From Acidobacteriota bacterium (GTDB lineage Bacteria > Acidobacteriota > Terriglobia > Terriglobales > Acidobacteriaceae), in assembly GCA_021846275.1 (NCBI GenBank), contig JAJZBZ010000004.1, forward strand, positions 230,413-294,412: a stretch of DNA of 64,000 nt, given 5' to 3'. The translations under genes were made by a program, and so were the position numbers. Shown one piece after another: positions 55,547-64,000 of this stretch. The first letter of the stretch is position 1. Each line of letters opens with the position of its first letter. The notes beneath the pieces are model-generated. The model was not told the DNA's origin and ran no database searches. It saw only the letters and a list, made by a program, of their open reading frames with translations.

Positions 55547-56848
55547 TCACTGTGTCGAATCCGTCTGATCGCCTCCGGATCCCATGCTCCAGTTCGCCAT
55601 CAGCGCGTTCTGTTCCGATGCGGAAGCCTCCAGCAGCGGCTCCACGCCCGCCAGCAACGTAATCGCCGTCACCTGCTCCTCACCGGCGGTTCCCACCAGC
55701 ATCACGGCATCGCCCTTGTGCAGATCCTTGATCTGGATCACCGTCGCCTGCCTTACAATTTGTTGCGGATCGCCATGCGCCGCCGCGCCCATTCCCGCAC
55801 CCGCCGCACCAGGGCGATGCCACGCCGCGCCACCACCCTGCGGATATCCACCCTGGGGAGCGCCACCCATCGCTGCTCCACCCGTCTGCGGACGCATCGC
55901 ACCCTGTCCCGCTCCTGATCCGGGCGCGCCCTGCCATCCGCCCTGTGCCGCTCCGTGTCCGGCTGCCGGACCCTTGGTTAGCGTGGCAATCATCTTCGCC
56001 TGATCCGCCGTCAACTGCTTCATCTGCGAGGTCGCGCCGATATGCACGGTGACATTTTTCTTTGTCAGCAGATCGCGGAGCGTGATCGTTCCATCCTTCG
56101 CATTCACGTTGCTGATGCGTCCGGCGATATTGCGGAAGCTGCCGGAGACAACCTCCAGCGCCACCTTGTCCGGACCGCTTGCATTGGCATCGAATCGCGC
56201 CCGCAACTGATCGCCCGCATGAATCGCCGCAAACGGAGCCGCCGTCGCCTTCGCGTAATCGACCGAGTCTCCCGCGTATCGCTTCAGCACCGTCGTCGGC
56301 GTCACCTTGAGCGTCACTTCTTTGGCCATCTTGCCCGCGCCCGTCGTCAATACGATCGTGCCGGTCGCCGCGTCCACGCTCTTCACCAGTCCGCTCACGC
56401 CGTGCGCCTGCCACTCCATCTGCTCGGCGCGCTGCCGCGCCACAATCGCCGCATGCGGAATATCAATCACCGAACTGGCCGCAAACGGCGAAGCGTCGCC
56501 CGCCGCCAGCCGCACCAGCACGCGATCACCCACTCCAAGGTCGCTCATGCCGATCGCCTGCGCATTGCCCAGCGTCGTCGCGCCCGCGTCCACGCGCAGC
56601 AGCTTCACGCCCGCGGGAATCGTCACCGCGTAGCTCACGCCCTGATCCGTTTTCACTTCCATCGTGCTGCCGGAGACCGACGTAATCGCGCCCATCACCC
56701 TCCCCGGATTCGTCGTCGCCGCCTGCGCCGCCGGGCGATGCGGTCTGGCCGCGTGTGCCGCCAGCGCAAATGCCGAACTCAGCAGCGCCATGCTCAGCGC
56801 CGCCGCCGAAACTCTACCGGAAAATATCTTCTTGCCCTTGCTGGACAT
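55547..56848 (-). CDS. Hypothetical secreted protein with repeated small beta-domains (DUF5666-like) and a Gly/Met/His/Gln-rich segment
   Basis: ATG 56848 inside ORF 55547..56914. Signal peptide ...LLSSAFALAAHA. Repeats of the type G.I.SV.....I.L.T.....V.V....T and GDRVLVRL / GDQLRARF / GDAVMLVG. Low-complexity GGWQGAPGSGAGQGAMRPQTGGAAMGGAPQGGYPQGGGAAWHRPGAAGAGMGAAAHG. Confidence 0.55.
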   Translation of the reverse strand: MSSKGKKIFSGRVSAAALSMALLSSAFALAAHAARPHRPAAQAATTNPGRVMGAITSVSGSTMEVKTDQGVSYAVTIPAGVKLLRVDAGATTLGNAQAIGMSDLGVGDRVLVRLAAGDASPFAASSVIDIPHAAIVARQRAEQMEWQAHGVSGLVKSVDAATGTIVLTTGAGKMAKEVTLKVTPTTVLKRYAGDSVDYAKATAAPFAAIHAGDQLRARFDANASGPDKVALEVVSGSFRNIAGRISNVNAKDGTITLRDLLTKKNVTVHIGATSQMKQLTADQAKMIATLTKGPAAGHGAAQGGWQGAPGSGAGQGAMRPQTGGAAMGGAPQGGYPQGGGAAWHRPGAAGAGMGAAAHGDPQQIVRQATVIQIKDLHKGDAVMLVGTAGEEQVTAITLLAGVEPLLEASASEQNALMANWSMGSGGDQTDSTQ

Positions 56849-56976
56849 CTCGTTCACTCCAGATTCTCGGCTCCGCTTCGCATCCGCCCCACGCTCATCC
56901 GCTGTTGGCTTCATCCTGCGTCTTCACGGGCCTCTGTCATCACTGACGAAGCAGTCCCCCAAAAAGTTGAAGCCAT

Positions 56977-58554
56977 TCATTCCCTTGTGGATATTTTCGC
57001 ATCCCGCAGGAAGAGATAATCCCCGGAAGCGCTCGGCTTCACGCCCGTCACGCGCCGGTTTCTCACCAGAATCGAGTCCAGATACCAGAGATTTTCCACC
57101 GGCAGATCCTCGGCCAGTTTCCGCTGCACGCGCACATAATCCGCTCGCCGCACCGCTTCGCCGTCCACGCGGCTCGCTTCATCCAGCAGCCGGTCCACTT
57201 CGGCGTCGGAATAATGCTCGCGATTGGCCCCATGCGGCGGCATTCGCGCCGTCGAAAACGCATAGGAAAAAATATCCGGCTGCTCGTTGCCGCCCACCCA
57301 GCGCAGTGAATACATCTGGAACGCTCCGCGGGAAATATCGGCCAGGAACGTCGCCGTCTCCATGCTGCGAATCGCCAGTGCAATTCCCACCCCGGCCAGT
57401 TGCTGCTGCAACGCCACGGCAAGCAGCCGCGTCCCTTCGTCCGTGCTCGTCTTCATCGTCAGCCGCAGCCGCACTCCATCCGGCCCCGGCAAATATCCCG
57501 CCGCGTCCAGCAGCGCCCGCGCCCGCGCCGGATCGTAGTCATATTGCTTCACGTCGCTCGTGAAGGCCCAGTGCGTCGTCGGCAGCAGGCTCTCGGCCAG
57601 TCGCGCATGGCCACCCAGCAGCGTCTTCACAATCAGCCTGCGATCCACCGCATGCGCAATTGCCGCGCGCACCCCGCGATGGCTCAACGCCGGGTCTGTC
57701 AGATTGAAGGCCAGATACTGCACCTCCGTTCCAGCCGTCTCGTCGATGGCCAGCCTCGGGTCGCGCCCGAGCACCGGCAGCATATCCGAGGGCAGGGAAT
57801 TGCTCGCCACGTCCGCCGCGCCCTTGCGCAGCTCCAGCGCCCGCGTCGTCGCATCCGGCACCACCTCGAAGCGCACGCGCTGCACAGCGTTCTGCGCTGC
57901 CGGTCGCCAGGAAAATGGATTCCGCTCCAGCACCACATCCTTGTCAATCTCCTGGCTCACCAGCCGAAACGCGCCCGTGCCCACCGGATGCCGCCAGAAA
58001 CCCATCCCGCTGCCCGCCGGAACAATCCCCATCGCGGCGGAAGACAGGTTGCCCAGCAGAAAATTATCCGGCTGTTTCAGCGCAATCCGCACCGTCCATG
58101 CGTCGAGCGCGTCCACACTCGCCACCGAGTCATAGCTCGCCGCCTTCGGCGTCACAATCACGCCCCGTCGCATCGATTCCAAAGTCCACACCACATCCGC
58201 AGAGGTCAGCAATCGCCCGTCGCTGAAGCGTGCATCGCGTCGCAGATGAAAGATGAGTGTGCGTGCGTCCGGCTGCTCCCAACTCGCAGCCAGCGCCGAC
58301 TGGAAATGGTACTGCGCATCGCGCTCCACCAGCCCGTCAAAGAGCAGCGGATCGATCCGCTCCGACTGCGCATCCGTCCCCACGCGCGGATCCAGGCTGT
58401 TCGGGCTGCTTTCGATCAGAAAGACCAGCGTCCCAGTGTCGCGCCTCGTCGCGTGACATCCGCTCAGCGCAGTCAGGATCGTCGCCAGCATCGTCAGCAG
58501 CACGCTCCGTCGCGCCGCGCCGAAGGCTGTGCGCAAGCGCCTGCCGCTACGCAT
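56977..58554 (-). CDS. ABC transporter substrate-binding lipoprotein, family 5 (peptide/nickel)
   Basis: ATG 58554 gives MRSGRRLRTAFGAARRSVLLTMLATILTALSGC (lipobox). LVFLIESSPNSLDPRVGTDAQSERI..LLFDGLV and the overall size and pattern fit the SBP_bac_5 family. Confidence 0.85.
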   Translation of the reverse strand: MRSGRRLRTAFGAARRSVLLTMLATILTALSGCHATRRDTGTLVFLIESSPNSLDPRVGTDAQSERIDPLLFDGLVERDAQYHFQSALAASWEQPDARTLIFHLRRDARFSDGRLLTSADVVWTLESMRRGVIVTPKAASYDSVASVDALDAWTVRIALKQPDNFLLGNLSSAAMGIVPAGSGMGFWRHPVGTGAFRLVSQEIDKDVVLERNPFSWRPAAQNAVQRVRFEVVPDATTRALELRKGAADVASNSLPSDMLPVLGRDPRLAIDETAGTEVQYLAFNLTDPALSHRGVRAAIAHAVDRRLIVKTLLGGHARLAESLLPTTHWAFTSDVKQYDYDPARARALLDAAGYLPGPDGVRLRLTMKTSTDEGTRLLAVALQQQLAGVGIALAIRSMETATFLADISRGAFQMYSLRWVGGNEQPDIFSYAFSTARMPPHGANREHYSDAEVDRLLDEASRVDGEAVRRADYVRVQRKLAEDLPVENLWYLDSILVRNRRVTGVKPSASGDYLFLRDAKISTRE

Positions 58555-59752
58555 GCGCCACCACATCGGTGATCTGGCCCAGCACCACCGCGCGCCGCGC
58601 ACCCGTCGCCGCAGGCAGATTTCCCGGCCTGCGGTTCCAAGTCCGCCACGCCAGCAGCGCAAAGGCCATCGCTTCCTTGGCCTCTGCCGGAAATCCCATC
58701 GCGTCGCTCGTCGTCAGCCGCGCGCCCATCGGCTCCAGCCGCTCGCCGATCATGCGCATCAGCGTCGCATTGCGCGCGCCTCCGCCGGAGACCACATAAT
58801 CGACGCCCGCTCCCGTGGCGCCTGATCCCGCAGCGCTCATGCGTGGCAAAACAAACCGCCTGTACGCCACCGCAATCGACTCCGCCGTCAGCGCCGTCGC
58901 CGTCGCCACGGCATCCGCCTCGCGCTGGCTGCGCCGCCTGCAGGCGGCCAGAAACTTCTCGGCAAACTCCCGCCCAAACTCTTCGCGACCGGCGCTCTTC
59001 GGCGGACGCCTGCCGAAGAACGGCCCGCGCATCGCTTCGCTCACCACCTCGCCGATCACCGCTCCACGCGCGGCGATTCTGCCCTCGCGGTCATACGCGC
59101 GCCCGAAGAGCCGCTGCATCAGCGCGTCAATCACCATATTTCCCGGGCCCGAATCAAAAGCCAGAACGTCTTCCGGCCGCGCCGCAGCCGGAATCGCCGT
59201 CAGATTCGCAATCCCGCCGATGTTCTGCAAAACCCGCGTGCGCCGTGCATGGCGAAAGCAGAGATAATCCGCCAGCGGCACCAGCGGCGCACCCTGTCCA
59301 CCCGCAGCCACATCTGCCGGACGAAAATTCGATACCACCGGAATCCTCAGCCGCTCGGCCATCACCGCCACTTCGCCCGCCTGCCATGTGCAGGCGAATC
59401 GCCGCTCCAGGTAATGCTCCGGCTTCGCCTGGTGATAGAGCGTCTGCCCGTGACAGCCCACCAGCTTCGCCGCGCAACCATGCATAGCCATCGTCTCTGC
59501 CACAGCCTCAGCATAGGCAATCCCCAGCCGCCAGCTCAGCCGCGCCAGCTCCGCCGTCGCAATCGTCCGCGCGTTCATAGCCTCCAGAATCGCCTGTCGC
59601 AGCGTGCGCGAAAACGGAAACGCCTCATGCGCCACGAGCTTCACCTGCGCGCCATCCTGACCCAGACCAGCCTTGCCCCGCGTGCCAATCCGCACCAGCG
59701 CCACATCCACGCCATCCGCCGATGTTCCGCTCATCACGCCCGCCACGATCAT
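58547..59752 (-). CDS. anmK: Anhydro-N-acetylmuramic acid kinase
   Basis: MIVAGVMSGTSADGVDVALVRI..., NIGGIANLT and DSGPGNMVIDAL are AnmK signature blocks. The ATG overlaps the nagZ stop (ATGA). Confidence 0.9.
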   Translation of the reverse strand: MIVAGVMSGTSADGVDVALVRIGTRGKAGLGQDGAQVKLVAHEAFPFSRTLRQAILEAMNARTIATAELARLSWRLGIAYAEAVAETMAMHGCAAKLVGCHGQTLYHQAKPEHYLERRFACTWQAGEVAVMAERLRIPVVSNFRPADVAAGGQGAPLVPLADYLCFRHARRTRVLQNIGGIANLTAIPAAARPEDVLAFDSGPGNMVIDALMQRLFGRAYDREGRIAARGAVIGEVVSEAMRGPFFGRRPPKSAGREEFGREFAEKFLAACRRRSQREADAVATATALTAESIAVAYRRFVLPRMSAAGSGATGAGVDYVVSGGGARNATLMRMIGERLEPMGARLTTSDAMGFPAEAKEAMAFALLAWRTWNRRPGNLPAATGARRAVVLGQITDVVAHA

Positions 59753-60849
59753 GATTCCCGCTCCACGGCTGAGTCTCCAGCCACGCGGCGGCTGAAATCC
59801 TCAATCGCCGCGCGTAGCCGCGCCAGCTCCTTCGCCGTCGGCGTTGGTCCCGCTCCGCGCGCAAACTGCTGTTCGCGCCACGCCGCCACGCATCGCGCCC
59901 GCGTAGTCACCCGCTTGCGAAAGACCGCCGACTGCTCCGCCTCGCGCAGCAGCGCCTCAAATGCCCGCAGAATCAGTTCCGCGCTGTGACAGATTTCCAT
60001 CACGTCCATCCCGGCCAGCACCGCCGTCACCGCCGCTTCCTCCATCGGTCGCGCGCCCAGCACTCCACCCATCTCCATATCGTCAGAAAACACCAGCCCG
60101 CGGTAGCCTATTCGTTTGCGCAGCACCGTCTCAATCCAGAACCGTGACTGGCTAGCCGGCGTCGATCCGCCATCCGTGCGCGGATACGCTCCATGACCCA
60201 CCATCACCATCGGCAACTCGCGCCGCAGCGCGCGATACGGCTCCAAATCCCCGTCCCGCAACTGCTCCATCTCTCGCTCAATCTCCGGCATCTGCCTGTG
60301 CGAGTCCAGCGTGCCGCCGCCCAGTCCCGGAAAATGCTTTCCGCATCCCGTCACGCCCTCCTCGCGCAACCCGCTCAGAAACGCCCGCGCATACGCCGTC
60401 ACGCCTGCCGCGTCCGCCGCCGCCGCGCGCGTGCCCAGAATCGCCCTGGACTCCGGCAGTCCCAGATCCAGCACCGGTGCCAGCGTCGTATTCATCCCAA
60501 ATGCCCGCACCGCACGCGCCGTCAGCTGTCCCTGCTCGCGCGCCATCGCCGCGCTCCCGTGCTTTGCCACAGCCGCTGCCGCCGGCATCGCCGCCAGCGC
60601 ATCGCGCAGCCGATCCACCGTCCCGCCCTCCACGTCCACACAGCGCATCGCATGCGCCGCGCAGGCCACGCTCGCGTCCTCCAGCAGCGCGCGCGCCTGC
60701 CGCGCGTCCTCGATATTCCGTCGAAACAGAATGATCCCCGACGGCCGCACCACGCGCAGCCACGCCCGCTCCATCACGCTCAGCGCGGTTGATTCCAGGC
60801 CCACCACCAGCAGATTTCCCACCGCTTCGCGCAGGCTCATCGTCTTCAT
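59749..60849 (-). CDS. nagZ: Beta-N-acetylhexosaminidase (GH3, NagZ-type)
   Basis: GIILFRRNI, LAPVLDL, GKHFPGLGGGTLDSHRQMPEI and VFSDDMEMGG are NagZ/GH3 motifs. The ATG overlaps the mutS stop (ATGA). Confidence 0.88.
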   Translation of the reverse strand: MKTMSLREAVGNLLVVGLESTALSVMERAWLRVVRPSGIILFRRNIEDARQARALLEDASVACAAHAMRCVDVEGGTVDRLRDALAAMPAAAAVAKHGSAAMAREQGQLTARAVRAFGMNTTLAPVLDLGLPESRAILGTRAAAADAAGVTAYARAFLSGLREEGVTGCGKHFPGLGGGTLDSHRQMPEIEREMEQLRDGDLEPYRALRRELPMVMVGHGAYPRTDGGSTPASQSRFWIETVLRKRIGYRGLVFSDDMEMGGVLGARPMEEAAVTAVLAGMDVMEICHSAELILRAFEALLREAEQSAVFRKRVTTRARCVAAWREQQFARGAGPTPTAKELARLRAAIEDFSRRVAGDSAVERES

Positions 60850-63542
60850 CGCGCTGCCCCCTCCGCGCCCGTTTCTTCCAGCTCCTGCTTCAGCTCCTCC
60901 AGCAGGTTCAGCGCCTGCAGCGGCGTCAGCGCATTGATCTCCGTCGCGCGAATCCGGTCCACAATCCGCTGCGAAAGCGGCGTGAACATCGTCATCTGCA
61001 CGGCAGCCGTCTCTTCGGCCTCGACGCTGCGTCGCTCCTGCCGCTCATGCTGCCGCAATACGTGTCGCGCCCGTTCCAGCACCGCGCGCGGCAGACCCGC
61101 CAGCCGTGCCACTTCGATTCCATAGCTCTTCGATGCCGCGCCCAACTCAATCGAGTGCAGAAACGTAATCCGCCCCGCCGATTCCTTCACCGCCACGCGC
61201 AGATTCTGCGCCCGTTCCAGCTTCTCGGCCAGCATCGTCAGCTCGTGATAGTGCGTGGCAAACAGCGTCCGCGCGCCAATCTCCGCATGCAGAAACTCCA
61301 CCGCCGCCCACGCCAGCGACAGCCCGTCAAAGGTCGCCGTTCCGCGCCCCATCTCGTCCATCAGGATCAGCGACCGTCGCGAGGCCGTATTCAGGATCGT
61401 CGCCGTCTCCGTCATCTCCACCATGAAGGTCGAGCGCCCGCGCGCCACGTTGTCGCTTGCTCCGATGCGCGTAAAAATCCTGTCTGCCAGCCCATATCGC
61501 ATCGCCTCAGCCGGCACAAAACTTCCCATCTGCGCCATCAGCACCAGCATCGCCGCCTGCCGCAGATATGTGCTCTTTCCGCCCATATTTGGCCCCGTAA
61601 TCAACAGCAGGCACGGCCCGTCAGCGTGCAGATAAAGATCGTTCGCAATGAACCGTTCCACGCCGCCTGAGTGCATCGCCTGCTCGATCACCGGATGACG
61701 GCTCGCTCGCGCCTCCAGCACGATCTCCTCGCTCAACTGCGGCCTTGCGTATCCGCGCTCACTCGCGCTCTGCGCAAAGCACGCCAGCAGGTCGGCTTCC
61801 GCCACGGCCGCCGCGCTACGGCGAATCCGAACTGCATTCTCAACCACCGTCTGGCGCACGACCGCAAAAATTCGGCGCTCCATCTCGACCGATCGCTCCT
61901 GCGCGCTCAGCACCTCGCGCTCATACGTCTTTAGCTCCGGCGTCGTAAATCGCTCCGCATTCACCAGTGTCTGCTTCCGCTCATAATCCGCCGGAGCCAG
62001 CATCAGATTGCTCTTGCTGATCTCGATGTAGTAGCCGAAGATTCCGTTGTAGCGAACCTTCAGCGAGCCGATCCCTGTCCGCTCGCGCTCCCGCGCCTCA
62101 ATCGCCGCAATCGCCTGCCGCCCGTCGCGGCTCAGCCCGCGCAGCCGATCCAGCTCCGCATCCACACCCTCGGCAATCGCTCCGCCATCGGCCAGCGTCA
62201 GCGGCGGCTCAGCCACCAGCGTTCGTTCGATCACCGCCACCAGATCCTCCAGCGGATCGAGCCGCGCCACCAGATGCTTCCACAGCCGCGCCGTCCAACC
62301 CTCCATCTGCCGCAGCATCTCCGGCAAATGCCGCGCGCTCGCTGCCATTGCCGCCAGATCACGCGGCCCCGCGCTGTCCAGCGCCACACGCGCCAGCAGC
62401 CGCTCCAGGTCCTGCACGCCGCGCATCGTCTCGCGCAGTGTCTCGCGCCGGATCAAATCACGCGTCGCTTCCTCCACGGCCTCATACCGAGCCTCAATCG
62501 CCGTCGGCTCCGAGAGCGGTCGGAGGATCGTCGCCCGCAACAGCCGCTTGCCCATTGCCGTCACACACTGGTCCAGCGTCCGCCACAGCGTCGTCTTCTG
62601 GTCCTGCCCGGAGATCAGCGGCTCCACCAACTCCAGATTGCGCACCGTCCCCGCGTCCATCTGCAACCCGCTCGCACGCTCCACAAACCGCAGCGCATCC
62701 AGCGGCACCGCATCCATCTTCTGCGTCTTCTGCACATAATGCACAATCGCGCCCGCCGCCGAAGTCGCAGCCCTGTGCCCGCTCAGTCCAAACCCCTCCA
62801 GCGACTGCACGCCAAGCTGCCGCAATAACAGCGCGCGCGCGTGGTCCGCCTCCCATACCCACGCTTCCACTCGCGTCCGCGTCACCGTCGAGTCCAGAGC
62901 GGTCTCAAGCGCGGCATTCAGTTCCGCAGTCACTTCGACCGGCAAATCCGTCGCCATCTCGGCTTCCAGCAGAATCTCGCTCGGCTGCGCCTTCTGCATC
63001 TCTTCGAGCATCGCCGCCTGAGCGCCCGCGCCTGTCTGCTCCATCGCAACAAACTCGCCCGTCGACAGATCCAGCAGCGCCAGCGCCGCCTCGTCGCGCG
63101 TCCACTTCATCGCAGCCAGATAATTGTTCCGCCCCTGCTCGAGCGTCGCATCCAGAGCCGTTCCCGGCGTATACACGCGTGTCACCTCGCGCCGCACCAG
63201 TTTTTTTGTGAGCTTTGGGTCTTCCATCTGCTCGCAGACGGCCACCTTGTATCCCTTGCGCAACAGGCGCGTCCGATACACCTCCGCCGCGTGATGCGGC
63301 ACGCCACACATCGGCACCGCCCGCTCGCGATCCCGCGCCGTCAGTGTGATCTCCAGCTCGCGGCTCGCCGTGATCGCGTCCTCATAGAACAGCTCGTAAA
63401 AATCGCCCATGCGAAAAAACACCAGCGCGTCCGGATGCTCTCGCTTGGCCGCCATGTACTGCTGCATCGCCGGCGTCAGCGTCTCTGCTTCCGACACGCG
63501 CTTCGGTTCCGCCGTCTGCTGTGTTTTCGCCGTCTGTGTCAC
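60846..63542 (-). CDS. mutS: DNA mismatch repair protein MutS
   Basis: TPAMQQYMAAKREHPDALVFFRMGDFYELFYEDA (mismatch-binding domain), ITGPNMGGKSTYLRQ (Walker A) and LILMDEMGRGTATFDG. GTG start at 63542. Confidence 0.96.
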   Translation of the reverse strand: MTQTAKTQQTAEPKRVSEAETLTPAMQQYMAAKREHPDALVFFRMGDFYELFYEDAITASRELEITLTARDRERAVPMCGVPHHAAEVYRTRLLRKGYKVAVCEQMEDPKLTKKLVRREVTRVYTPGTALDATLEQGRNNYLAAMKWTRDEAALALLDLSTGEFVAMEQTGAGAQAAMLEEMQKAQPSEILLEAEMATDLPVEVTAELNAALETALDSTVTRTRVEAWVWEADHARALLLRQLGVQSLEGFGLSGHRAATSAAGAIVHYVQKTQKMDAVPLDALRFVERASGLQMDAGTVRNLELVEPLISGQDQKTTLWRTLDQCVTAMGKRLLRATILRPLSEPTAIEARYEAVEEATRDLIRRETLRETMRGVQDLERLLARVALDSAGPRDLAAMAASARHLPEMLRQMEGWTARLWKHLVARLDPLEDLVAVIERTLVAEPPLTLADGGAIAEGVDAELDRLRGLSRDGRQAIAAIEARERERTGIGSLKVRYNGIFGYYIEISKSNLMLAPADYERKQTLVNAERFTTPELKTYEREVLSAQERSVEMERRIFAVVRQTVVENAVRIRRSAAAVAEADLLACFAQSASERGYARPQLSEEIVLEARASRHPVIEQAMHSGGVERFIANDLYLHADGPCLLLITGPNMGGKSTYLRQAAMLVLMAQMGSFVPAEAMRYGLADRIFTRIGASDNVARGRSTFMVEMTETATILNTASRRSLILMDEMGRGTATFDGLSLAWAAVEFLHAEIGARTLFATHYHELTMLAEKLERAQNLRVAVKESAGRITFLHSIELGAASKSYGIEVARLAGLPRAVLERARHVLRQHERQERRSVEAEETAAVQMTMFTPLSQRIVDRIRATEINALTPLQALNLLEELKQELEETGAEGAAR

Positions 63543-63701
63543 GCTTGCTGTCCAGATTAAACTGCCCCCGCGTTCCAGCGATAGCCGTTCGCCCGCCGCT
63601 CATCGCGCTTGTTTCCACGCGCGGCTCCGGTCATGCCGCGCGCCATGCCCGTGACCGGCGTCACAGTATACTGAGACAGGGCCGTTTACCCTCATCTCAG
63701 C

Positions 63702-64000
63702 ATGGATTTAGTCTGGCTCAGAGTCGCGGCGGTGTTGTATGCCATTGCCAGCCTCGCGGCTGTTCCCGCGGTGCTGTACTCCTACCCGCGCCTGCGCCGC
63801 ATCTGGCTTCCCGCCGCCGCGCTCGCCTTCCTTTTTCACTTCGTCTCCGTCGTCGAAATGCTTGGTCTTGCTCATCGCTGGCTTCCTGTCGGCTACGGCG
63901 AAATCGAGTCCCTGCTGGGCCTGTTCATCGCCGCCATCTTTCTGCTCATCCGCCTCATCTACGGCACATTTTCCTTCAGCGTCTTCGCGCTTCCAGCCGC
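63702..64000 (+). CDS. Integral membrane protein, 3'-partial (possibly CcsA/HemX-like cytochrome c assembly family)
   Basis: Not in the ORF track because there is no stop in the window. ATG 63702 opens a frame to the window end: MDLVWLRVAAVLYAIASLAAVPAVLYSYPRLRRIWLPAAALAFLFHFVSVVEMLGLAHRWLPVGYGEIESLLGLFIAAIFLLIRLIYG, i.e. three hydrophobic helices. The family assignment is a guess from pattern memory. Confidence 0.45.
   Translation, partial: MDLVWLRVAAVLYAIASLAAVPAVLYSYPRLRRIWLPAAALAFLFHFVSVVEMLGLAHRWLPVGYGEIESLLGLFIAAIFLLIRLIYGTFSFSVFALPA

Overview
GC-rich chromosomal segment (about 60-65% GC by eye) that reads mostly as core, housekeeping DNA. The gene content suggests Acidobacteriota (Terriglobia-like), but that placement is inference only. 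It rests on two TonB-dependent receptors of about 1000-1200 aa that open with a carboxypeptidase-regulatory-like domain, a sedolisin with Ig-like repeats, and many lipoprotein or Tat signal peptides. About 51 protein genes are supportable. They include a partial tandem-USP gene, DUF2203, an MFS transporter, M28 peptidases, hfq-hflX, and an F1Fo ATP synthase operon ordered b'-b-delta-alpha-gamma-beta-epsilon (the a and c subunit genes are not here). Also present are eno-gpmI, pyrE, a BrnT/BrnA toxin-antitoxin pair, an OmpA-family lipoprotein, uvrC, HtrA/DegP, and an operon headed by an orphan DppC-like ABC permease. The rest are a CAP-domain protein, an S53 sedolisin-Ig protein, tatA/B-tatC, TerC, an ATP-grasp protein, and a translationally coupled mutS-nagZ-anmK-peptide-SBP string. 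I found no rRNA, tRNA, CRISPR array, transposase, integrase, phage gene or recognisable defence-island gene. The only accessory-looking patch is 28.29-30.04 kb, downstream of pyrE. It holds heptanucleotide arrays, short hairpin repeats, and the brnTA cassette with a palindrome-overlapped promoter and an SD-led upstream ORF. A 750-bp gene-free stretch follows, with a ~32% GC island and two 89-nt near-identical direct repeats (a candidate structured ncRNA or an unclassified repeat element). I do not see convincing evidence for a large novel multi-gene system, and the findings are scored accordingly. All start codons, hairpins and repeat coordinates were derived by eye and may be off by a few bases. 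Many long ORFs in the track are antisense artefacts of high GC.
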